Virus record (IMG/VR): IMGVR_UViG_3300047462_000185
Span: 42,638-106,637 of that record
Strand: one strand, 5' to 3'
Length of the DNA: 64,000 bases
Origin: a virus
In this document: in pieces, positions 51,738 to 58,667 of the stretch
Layout of the letters: each line of letters starts with the position of its first letter
Numbering within the stretch: position 1 is the first letter of the stretch
The notes under the pieces: model-generated
Seen by the model: only the letters and a program-made list of their open reading frames with translations
Told to the model about the DNA's origin: nothing
Databases searched by the model: none
Translations under genes and position numbers: made by a program

Positions 51738-51811
51738 TCCCCGGTCGTCTAATGGCAGGACATCGGATTCTGGATCCGAGGGTTGTGGTTCGAGTCCATG
51801 CCGGGGAGCCA
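51738..51811 (+). tRNA. tRNA-Gln(CTG)
   Basis: U1-A72, loop TTCTGGA. Confidence 0.92.
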
Positions 51812-51847
51812 TTGAAACACACACTTCGATGTGTTATTGCCGTTTTA

Positions 51848-52159
51848 ATGAAGATGCGCACCGATCGCAGTCAGATCAAGGAAATGCTTCGAAGAGGCGT
51901 TTCATATTCGAAGATCACTGCTAAGACGGGCGCAACAAAAGGCACGCTCAGCTACATAGCAAAGAGCAGTGGAAAACCTCTAACGCTTCGTCTTGATCAT
52001 TTCGATGGTGATGGAGGAAATCACGACATTGAAAACCTACGGTTCATATGTCCCAATTGCGATAGCCAATCTCCAACTTACGGACACAGAAACCGCGGGC
52101 GTTACGCTCGGCTTGGGGTTAAGCTTTCAAGTGTGCAGGGTAGCCACACCGCGTTTTGA
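51848..52159 (+). pseudogene. HNH homing-endonuclease remnant inside the tRNA array
   Basis: HTH-like N-terminus fused to PLTLRLDHFDGDGGNHDIENLRFICPNCDSQ; first CxxC absent; lower GC. Confidence 0.7.
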
Positions 52160-52198
52160 GCGCGGAAGCAAGGGGTTCGACTCCTCGGCCCCAAACCA
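52113..52198 (+). tRNA. tRNA-Gln(TTG), about 10-nt insertion before the D arm
   Basis: TTGGGGT/GCCCCAA acceptor, CCGCG-TTTTGAG-CGCGG. Confidence 0.7.
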
Positions 52199-52202
52199 GT
52201 TT

Positions 52203-52277
52203 CGCCCATTCGTTCAATGGCAGGACAACCGATTCTCGATCGGTCAACGCGGGTTCGATTCTCCGCATGGGCGACCA
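52203..52277 (+). tRNA. tRNA-Glu(CTC)
   Basis: loop TTCTCGA. Confidence 0.85.
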
Positions 52278-52280
52278 GTT

Positions 52281-52362
52281 GCGCGTGTGGCGGAACGGTA
52301 GACGCGGCCCCCTTAAAGCGGGCTGTCTCGGCGTGCAGGTTCGATTCCTGTCGCGCGCACCA
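52281..52362 (+). tRNA. tRNA-Leu(TAA)
   Basis: class II D loop, loop CTTAAAG, variable arm. Confidence 0.88.
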
Positions 52363-52376
52363 ATCAGGAGCAGCAC

Positions 52377-52571
52377 ATGAGTGATCGCGATGTCCCGCTG
52401 CACACCTACGAGCTGATCTATCGAGACGCCAATGTGAAGCGACAGCGCATGCGCGTCGCCGGCGGCTGGATCTACTCGTGCTCGCTGCTTAGCTCGACCG
52501 GCAGCGTGGCAATTTCGGAAGTTTTGGTTCCAGATGCTCGCGTGGGCCAACAGGTAGAGTCAGCACGTTGA
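52377..52571 (+). CDS. small hypothetical protein within the tRNA array
   Basis: AGGAG SD; RMRVAGGWIY motif; 3' end overlaps tRNA-Leu(GAG). Confidence 0.6.
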   Translation: MSDRDVPLHTYELIYRDANVKRQRMRVAGGWIYSCSLLSSTGSVAISEVLVPDARVGQQVESAR

Positions 52572-52612
52572 GAGCGTGTCCAGTGCCGGTTCGAGTCCGG
52601 CCGCGAGCACCA
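52536..52612 (+). tRNA. tRNA-Leu(GAG), short variable loop
   Basis: loop TTGAGAG, A73. Confidence 0.88.
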
Positions 52613-52616
52613 GATT

Positions 52617-52693
52617 GCGGGGATGGGCAAATCGGTAAAGTCGCTGCGTTCAGACCGCAAGGTGTGGGCTTCGAATGCACCCGCTCTCCGCCA
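52617..52693 (+). tRNA. tRNA-Leu(CAG), degenerate
   Basis: loop TTCAGAC; bulged T stem; no NCCA after acceptor. Confidence 0.6.
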
Positions 52694-52696
52694 AAT

Positions 52697-52785
52697 GGAA
52701 GGTGAAGTCGGCAGGAGCCGGCCGCCCGTTCGAAACGGGAGGAGACCCGCGAGGGTCAGGGGATCAAGACCTCCGCCTTCCGCCA
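52697..52785 (+). tRNA. tRNA-Ser(CGA)
   Basis: GGA/TCC acceptor, G73, long V arm, loop TTCGAAA. Confidence 0.85.
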
Positions 52786-52789
52786 GCTT

Positions 52790-52878
52790 GGATCGTGCCG
52801 GGGGTTGGCTCCCCCAGCGGGTTGCTAACCCGTGGCTCCCCTCCGGGGATGAGGGTTCGATGCCTTCACGATCCGCCA
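52790..52878 (+). tRNA. tRNA-Ser(GCT)
   Basis: loop TTGCTAA, long V arm, G73. Confidence 0.85.
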
Positions 52879-52879
52879 T

Positions 52880-52955
52880 GCCCCGTTAGCAGAGTGGCTA
52901 ATGCGCGTCCTTGGTAAGGACGAGATCGCCGGTTCGATTCCGGCACGGGGCTCCA
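52880..52955 (+). tRNA. tRNA-Thr(GGT)
   Basis: loop TTGGTAA. Confidence 0.9.
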
Positions 52956-53041
52956 TACGACCAGCCGTTTGCACCACGCCTGAGCCGGCCGCGGCCTGAT
53001 GGGGCCGGACGCTTTCGCGAACGGGTGTGGCAGGCTGTGCT

Positions 53042-53126
53042 GGGCAGGGACAGCCGGTGGCTCCGGCGAGCGGCCTGTAAAGCCGTGCCCTTCGGGGGAG
53101 AGGATCGAAACCTCACCTGCCCACCA
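53042..53126 (+). tRNA. tRNA-Tyr(GTA)
   Basis: loop CTGTAAA, V arm, A73. Confidence 0.85.
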
Positions 53127-53128
53127 TT

Positions 53129-53203
53129 GCTCGCGTAGCTCAATGGCAGAGCAGTCGGTTGATAACCGACCGACGATGGGTTCGATTCCCACCGCAAGCA
53201 CCA
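53129..53203 (+). tRNA. tRNA-Ile(GAT)
   Basis: loop TTGATAA. Confidence 0.9.
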
Positions 53204-53214
53204 GATCACGAGAA

Positions 53215-53290
53215 ACACCGGTAACTCAGAGGCCAGAGTGCTGTCCTTTTAAGTCAGAGGTCGCGGGTTCGAATCCCGTCCGGTGTTCCA
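53215..53290 (+). tRNA. tRNA-Lys(TTT)
   Basis: loop CTTTTAA, U73. Confidence 0.88.
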
Positions 53291-53363
53291 TGAATTCCTC
53301 GCGGACGCGCGGGGCGCTGCATTCCGCGATAGGTCCAAAGAGCACGCGGGTGCAGCTGGATTT

Positions 53364-53437
53364 GCTCGCATCTTTCAGTGGCAGGAAGCTGGATTGTCGA
53401 TCCGGTAACAGGGGTTCGATCCCCCTTGCGAGCGCCA
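53364..53437 (+). tRNA. tRNA-Asp(GTC)
   Basis: loop TTGTCGA, G73. Confidence 0.9.
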
Positions 53438-53568
53438 TAAAGCCGCTTCATCAAATCGGCGCGCCATCTACCTGCCGCTTGCCGAGGCGCGGCGAGGGTC
53501 AAACCGAAGCCGAGGGGTGCGACCCGCCCCGAAGCCTGGGGCTCGCCCGCCACGGCAAGCAGCAGTTT

Positions 53569-53644
53569 CAGGGCGTAGGACAGTGGCCAGTCCGCCTGCT
53601 TCGGGAGCAGGAGATCGTGAGTTCGAATCTCACCGCCTTGACCA
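53569..53644 (+). tRNA. tRNA-Pro(CGG)
   Basis: C1-G72, loop TTCGGGA. Confidence 0.93.
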
Positions 53645-53652
53645 TTTTCGTT

Positions 53653-53725
53653 GTCCTCGCCTGCGGATCAGGCGCCGGCACTCCTAATGCTGGGTGCGCC
53701 GGTTCGAATCCGGCCGGGGACGCCA
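53653..53725 (+). tRNA. tRNA-Arg(CCT), non-canonical core
   Basis: loop CTCCTAA, 6-bp anticodon stem, no 8-9 linker. Confidence 0.8.
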
Positions 53726-53726
53726 A

Positions 53727-53801
53727 CAGGATGTAGCTCAATGGGAGAGCACCGCGTTTGGGGCGCGGGGGCTGGTGGTTCGAGTCCACTCATCCTGACC
53801 A
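53727..53801 (+). tRNA. tRNA-Pro(TGG)
   Basis: loop TTTGGGG. Confidence 0.93.
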
Positions 53802-53804
53802 ATT

Positions 53805-53879
53805 GCGTGCATAGCTCAGCGGGAGAGCGCTCCGTTCACACCGGGGATGTCGGGAGTTCAATCCTCTCTGCACGCACCA
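53805..53879 (+). tRNA. tRNA-Val(CAC)
   Basis: loop TTCACAC. Confidence 0.93.
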
Positions 53880-53951
53880 GTTCGGGGGGCACAGTCCCGC
53901 CCGTGGGGCACGGTCCGACCCGGAGAACCGGTCGGCCGCGAAGCTATCGTT

Positions 53952-54026
53952 GCGCGCCTAGCTCATCGGGAGAGCGTCGCTTTGACATAGCGAAGGCGGC
54001 CGGTTCGATTCCGGCGGCGCGCACCA
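53952..54026 (+). tRNA. tRNA-Val(GAC)
   Basis: loop TTGACAT. Confidence 0.93.
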
Positions 54027-54039
54027 GCTACCGCTCCGG

Positions 54040-54305
54040 CGGTTATGGCTGTAACGGCCTGGATGGAATGCCGACCTGGACCCGGGGGCAGCGCCCGGCG
54101 TCTCCACCAAGGGGGACGACGCAGATCTCGACAGGTCGATCAAAGATCCAGGCTCAGCCCGGCAAGGAACGGCCGGCAATCTGTCCGCATGAGAAATGCC
54201 AATGACAACACTGGCATGGGAGCGGTGCGCCTCGCGGCGTAACCACCCGGCGCCCTGAGGGGGGCGTGGCAACAGCAGGGGCGGCCCTCGAAAGGTCGCC
54301 CCACC
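54040..54305 (+). ncRNA. ssrA: circularly permuted two-piece tmRNA; tag (A)ANDNTGMGAVRLAA
   Basis: acceptor 3' end CGTCTCC-ACCA (to 54109) precedes 5' end GGGGACG (54112, G3:U70); tag ORF 54198-54242; CGACCTG/CAGGTCG and GCCTGGAT/ATCCAGGC pairings; outer ends approximate. Confidence 0.92.
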
Positions 54306-54316
54306 CTCGCCTATTC

Positions 54317-54392
54317 GGGGCTGTGGCGCAGCTGGGAGCGCGTCTGCATGGCATGCAGAAGGTCGTCGGTTCGATTCCGACCAGTTCCACCA
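54317..54392 (+). tRNA. tRNA-Ala(GGC)
   Basis: G3:U70, loop ATGGCAT. Confidence 0.95.
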
Positions 54393-54396
54393 AATT

Positions 54397-54470
54397 GCCG
54401 CGGTCGAATAAGGTAGTTCACCGGTCCTTCAAATCGGTCGGCGCGGGTTCAAATCCCGTCCGCGGCACCA
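54397..54470 (+). tRNA. tRNA-Glu(TTC)
   Basis: loop CCTTCAA. Confidence 0.85.
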
Positions 54471-54495
54471 ACCGTTTCCATATTGGAAAGTGTTT

Positions 54496-54568
54496 ACCCC
54501 TGCCGATGGCTCTCGGGCTCTGCGCTACGAACGTGGAAGAGCTGGTTCGATTCCAGTCAGGGGTTCCA
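54496..54568 (+). tRNA. tRNA-Arg(ACG), non-canonical core
   Basis: loop CTACGAA; D stem abuts acceptor. Confidence 0.8.
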
Positions 54569-54574
54569 GATCAT

Positions 54575-54646
54575 GCGGCGGCCGCCGAGCCGGGCCATGG
54601 CCTTCTAAGCCGAGGGAGGTGGGGCAAGCACCCACCCGCCGCACCA
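54575..54646 (+). tRNA. tRNA-Arg(TCT), highly divergent
   Basis: GCGGCGG/CCGCCGC-ACCA, loop CTTCTAA, T loop GCAAGCA. Confidence 0.65.
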
Positions 54647-54650
54647 GCTT

Positions 54651-54723
54651 GCTCTCGCCTGTGGATCAGGCGCTGACCCTCCGAAGGTCGGACGCGCCGG
54701 TTCGAATCCGGCCGAGAGCTCCA
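54651..54723 (+). tRNA. tRNA-Arg(CCG), non-canonical core
   Basis: loop CTCCGAA, same fold as Arg(CCT). Confidence 0.8.
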
Positions 54724-54818
54724 GCAAGGGACCGGGTCGCGTGCGAGCGTGTCTCCCGGGACAAAGTCGATGCCGAGACGCGAGCCCCGGCATGGTCCCT
54801 CACAGCGGCGGCGCGACC

Positions 54819-54894
54819 GGCTGACGACGAGCGTGGAATGCAGTCCCGAGATGCCGCGCGGGGCAGGCCGTTCGATACGGCTAGTCGTCAGCCA
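54819..54894 (+). ncRNA. tRNA-like RNA without a canonical anticodon loop
   Basis: acceptor TGACGAC/GTCGTCA-GCCA, T arm GGCCG-TTCGATA-CGGCT, 10-nt loop AGATGCCGCG. Confidence 0.6.
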
Positions 54895-54943
54895 AACCGC
54901 CCAAAATCGGCGAAAAATATTCCTGGAAATATTCCAGATCGTT

Positions 54944-55025
54944 GCGGGCGTGGCGGAAAGGTAGACGCGGCCGGCTCAAACCCGGCTGATCATTCGTGCA
55001 GGTTCGAATCCTGTCGCTCGCACCA
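54944..55025 (+). tRNA. tRNA-Leu(CAA)
   Basis: loop CTCAAAC, class II D loop. Confidence 0.9.
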
Positions 55026-55031
55026 TTTCAT

Positions 55032-55119
55032 GGACCAGTGCGCCGAGTGGCGAAGGCAGCCGACTCTTAATCGGATGGGCGAAAGCCCCGCGTGAGTTCG
55101 AATCTCACCTGGTCCTCCA
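55032..55119 (+). tRNA. tRNA-Lys(CTT) with long variable arm
   Basis: loop CTCTTAA; V arm GGGC-GAAA-GCCC. Confidence 0.85.
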
Positions 55120-55121
55120 AT

Positions 55122-55196
55122 GCCCGTGTAGCTCAATGGCAGAGCAGCCGCCTCGTAAGCGGCCGACGAGCGGTTCGATTCCGCCCACCGGCTCCA
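55122..55196 (+). tRNA. tRNA-Thr(CGT)
   Basis: loop CTCGTAA. Confidence 0.88.
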
Positions 55197-55244
55197 TGAG
55201 GATGTGTTATCTCGGCTCTACCAACAACCGCGAAAGCCCGTGTC

Positions 55245-55829
55245 ATGCGTGCCAGAAACTCCGCCCTCGACCTGGAAGCGCTCGTCCTCAACGCTGACGC
55301 GCGGCCGCTCTCGACCTGGCCGCTCAGCAAGGAAAGCGCACGCGACGCCATCACCGCCGTGATGAAAGGCAACGTCGAGGTGGTCGACACCTGGGACGCC
55401 GTGATCCGCACGCCGCGCATCGAAATCCCGGTGCCGAAGGTCATCATGCTGCGCTACTACGCGCCGATCCGGGCCGAGCCGAAGTTCTGCCGGGCCAGCG
55501 TGTTCCTGCGCGACAGGTTCAAGTGCCAATACTGCGGCGAGCCGTTTCCGCGCGAGCAGTTGACCTACGACCACGTCATCCCGCGCACCAAGGGCGGCCA
55601 GACCGTGTGGGAAAACATCCTGACCTGCTGCGAGACCTGCAACGCGCTCAAGCGCGACCGGCCGGCCAACTGGAGCGGCAGGCGCGGCGCCGGCGAGATG
55701 CGTCCGCTCAAGGCGCCTCGGCGCCCCAGCACGGCCGAACTGCTCCGCGCCGGGCTCGATCTGCTCGACCAGGAGACGCGGGAGACCTGGGGCGACTGGC
55801 TCTACTGGAACGCCGAGCTGAAGGCCTAA
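55245..55829 (+). CDS. HNH endonuclease (McrA-like)
   Basis: LVLNAD.RPLS...VFLRDRFKCQYCG...LTYDHVIPRTKGG.TVWENILTCC..CN..K. Confidence 0.93.
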   Translation: MRARNSALDLEALVLNADARPLSTWPLSKESARDAITAVMKGNVEVVDTWDAVIRTPRIEIPVPKVIMLRYYAPIRAEPKFCRASVFLRDRFKCQYCGEPFPREQLTYDHVIPRTKGGQTVWENILTCCETCNALKRDRPANWSGRRGAGEMRPLKAPRRPSTAELLRAGLDLLDQETRETWGDWLYWNAELKA

Positions 55830-56027
55830 GCGTTGTTGGCCGCGATCCAGCCAGCCTGAGCCTCGGCGTTTAGGTTGCCTTCCGCGATGAAGCGGTCGAA
55901 CTCCGGATCATCGAGCGAGCCGAAATAGCGCGACACGAGCCACCGTCCCTGGAGCCACAGGCCCAGCGTGACGGTGGCGATCGGCGTCTCGCTGGGCCAC
56001 GCCTTGGGCGCGAATTCGTTCATGATG

Positions 56028-56930
56028 TCACGCCATTTCCTTCTGACCTGTGTTGAGTCGCCCACGCGACGGCACGTCATGCGTGCTCGCGATAGGCGGG
56101 AAGCCGGCACTGGTCCGCTCCGAGTCCTGGACCCGCAGCACCGTCATGGGTCGGTTCGCCACCCAGGCGTTCCACGTCTTCACGCCCAGCACGAGCCGAT
56201 CGATGGTGCGCAGCTTGGTGTGCGACATCGCATCGTTGACCAGGCGCTCATGATAGCGCCGGGTCGGGCTCGTCTCCGCGCCCTGCCCGTCGTCGACCGA
56301 CGACGCGAATTCCCGGGTCTCGTCGAACGTGCTGCGCCGGCACACCAGGGCAAGCAGGCCGCCGAACCATGCCGCCTTGATCGCCTGGAACCGTAGCGAT
56401 CCGTTGAAATTCGCGATGTCCTGGATGATCGGGAATTTCTTCAAGGTATCGACGATGTCGGCCGACTCGAGTGGGCACGACATGTAGGAGATCGAACCAG
56501 CATCATAGTGCCACACGATCTTGGCGATCGCGGCGCAGCGTTTGGCTTCCTGCACGCCGTTGATGTCGAGCACGTCGGCCGCGCTCCGCTTCGAGCCTGT
56601 CCCGGTTGCTGTGAACGCTTCGCGCGCGATGCCGAACCTGATGTCACAAATCGCGGCAATGCCGGTCTCATGGATCGCGGTGAGCCGGTGCTGCCCGTCG
56701 TTGAGGATGCCTTCCCGGCTGACGATGATCGGCTCGCCGGTGTTCACCCATTGGCCGCGCTCCAGGATGTTGGAAAACCGGCGCACCAAGGACTTCTTTA
56801 CGGACCGGTTGCCCGTGTTGAGGCGCAGAATCCAACCCGCCACATCGGCCGTGCAAAGCCCTGTGATGGTGCCGTCGTATTCGGTCACCAGGGTAAGCAG
56901 ATCATCCTCGGTCGTGGCGATCGGCTTCAT
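56028..56930 (-). CDS. ParB-like/DGQHR domain protein
   Basis: NTGNR...GQWVNTGEPI.....GILNDGQHRLTAI. Confidence 0.8.
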   Translation of the reverse strand: MKPIATTEDDLLTLVTEYDGTITGLCTADVAGWILRLNTGNRSVKKSLVRRFSNILERGQWVNTGEPIIVSREGILNDGQHRLTAIHETGIAAICDIRFGIAREAFTATGTGSKRSAADVLDINGVQEAKRCAAIAKIVWHYDAGSISYMSCPLESADIVDTLKKFPIIQDIANFNGSLRFQAIKAAWFGGLLALVCRRSTFDETREFASSVDDGQGAETSPTRRYHERLVNDAMSHTKLRTIDRLVLGVKTWNAWVANRPMTVLRVQDSERTSAGFPPIASTHDVPSRGRLNTGQKEMA

Positions 56931-57099
56931 GTCTTTGGTTCCTTCGGACCCGGCTTTGGATTGGTCCTTGCGTGGCGCTGGATTTCCTCCTGGCGCTGTG
57001 TATCGGCCCTGGGCGTGGGGCGAGGCATGGCCTTGGTCGCCACATTCTTGATCCACCAGGCGCCCTGGCGCAGCGCTGAAAAACCCTTCTTTGGCGGCG

Positions 57100-57870
57100 T
57101 CATTCGTCTTTGCCATAGGAAGGGCCGCACCACGCCGCCGGTGCGGGCGGCGTGCGCTCGGGTGTGGGACCGAACCAGTCGGCACGCCGGCCGCGCCAGT
57201 TCTTCTCGCCGGGCCGCATCCGGCCTTCCAGGTGGATGCCCATCAACTCGGGGAGGAGCACCCGCTTAGGGCGCGGCCATTGCAGCGAGAACAACATGTC
57301 AGTGCGTCCCGCCGTGCCGTGCTGGTTGGGGTAGGTCTTGATCCCAGTCCTCGCCGCGTTCCAGAGCTGGAAGAAGCCGATCGGGACGTAGCCGTCCTCC
57401 TGCAGCTTGGCGACGCGCGCGCCCAAGGGCCACGGCCCGGGCACGATGTAAGTCTGATCGGAATGCATGACCTGCGGTGTTCCGATGTGCTGCATCCACG
57501 CCTCGTAGTCGGGACACATCATCCGGTCGATGCCGTAGATGCATTCCGGATCGAGCGACGCGACGTTCAGGATTTCGCGGGTGCGTGGCGGCAGCACGAT
57601 GTCGGCGTCTATGTGCAGCACCCAGTCCGACAGCGACAGCGCGGCGACGCCGGCGTTGATCCCGTTCCCCTTATTGAAGGCCTGCTCCTGGTAGTAAAAA
57701 TGGTCGGTCTGGATGACCCGGATGTGATGATGGGCGCATAGGTTGTGCGTTCGCACGTCCCCGGTATCGCTGACCACCACCATGTCGTCGAAATGCACCT
57801 TGTTGAGCGGCAAGGTGTGGGCCAGCACGTCGGAGAAATTCACGCAGACCGTCACGCATTCGAGCCGCAT
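57100..57870 (-). CDS. glycosyltransferase (GT-A/GT2-like)
   Basis: VTVCVNFSDVL..TLP.N...FNKG.GIN...WVLHIDADIVLP...GFFQLW. Confidence 0.85.
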   Translation of the reverse strand: MRLECVTVCVNFSDVLAHTLPLNKVHFDDMVVVSDTGDVRTHNLCAHHHIRVIQTDHFYYQEQAFNKGNGINAGVAALSLSDWVLHIDADIVLPPRTREILNVASLDPECIYGIDRMMCPDYEAWMQHIGTPQVMHSDQTYIVPGPWPLGARVAKLQEDGYVPIGFFQLWNAARTGIKTYPNQHGTAGRTDMLFSLQWPRPKRVLLPELMGIHLEGRMRPGEKNWRGRRADWFGPTPERTPPAPAAWCGPSYGKDE

Positions 57871-58080
57871 ATCAGGCGTCCTCTAGGGGTTTCGGCCTGA
57901 CCCGTCGCGGGCCACCTTGGCCGCCGTCTTCATCATCGCCCGGGCAGATCGGCGAGCAGGGCGGCATCCAGGCATATCGGCCACCGGTCGTCTGCCTTTC
58001 GTATTTCTGGACCCGGTGACACACTTCGCAGTAGCGCCGCTGGCCGTGGTGCCCGGTGTAGTGCCACAGGTGCTGCGGCA

Positions 58081-58667
58081 TCAGTGCTCCGGTTCATCCG
58101 GGGGCGGCTCATCGGCAGGCGGCTCATCGCCGTCGGGCTTCGCATCGCCGGCGGGCGGCTTGCGTCGGTCCAGATCGGAGCCGGGCCCGTCGTCCTTGAA
58201 CATCGCGCCCTGGTCGAAGTTGATCGGCACTTCGGCGCGCGCCCCGCTGTATTTCTCGCCATCCGCGATCGCCAGCAACACGGTCATGCCCTGGCTATCG
58301 AACAGCTCGTGGCGCAGCGGATCGCTGCTGTCGAAATCGCGACCTGGGTCTGGATCGACGTGCCCTTGCGGACGATCTTGATCAGCTTGCCGGGCAGGGT
58401 GCGCCGTCCATCCGCGGCGATCATCTCGACGGCGCGGCTCACCGCGTATCTGATCGACGCGCTCACCCGATCGATGGTGGCCTTCTGCTCGTCCTGCTTG
58501 CGCATGTGCCAAGGCAGCGGGTTGTGCTCGTGCTTGAACGTGTCCAGCACCAGGTCGCGCAGGTCGCCGAACATGGTGTCCGCCGCCAGCACCAGCAGAG
58601 CGGCACGTTTTTCGGCAGCGCTGTCACGCGGCTGTTCCGGCGGCGTTGCGGTTCCGGCCTTCTTCAT
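58081..58667 (-). pseudogene. conserved phage protein split by a frameshift at about 58330
   Basis: N-half (MFGDLRDLVL...AVEMIAADGRR) and C-half (DPLRHELFDSQGMTVLL) lie in different frames. Confidence 0.65.

Noticed and set aside
52965-53356. Theta/HDV-like ribozymes after tRNAs
   Set aside because: Strand order P1-P2-P3-P1.1-P4 and the J4/2 catalytic C could not be fitted by eye; the tRNAs already encode CCA
53472-53565. SRP (4.5S) RNA
   Set aside because: Lacks the helix-8 CAGG...GGAA...AGCA signature
54397-54470. Opal suppressor/Sec tRNA (TCA) reading of loop CCTTCAAA
   Set aside because: Stem pairing centres TTC in a 7-nt loop; no long V arm or extended acceptor
50848-55095. Long ORFs across the tRNA array (for example 52999-53736, 54490-55095)
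   Set aside because: Shadow frames over RNA genes
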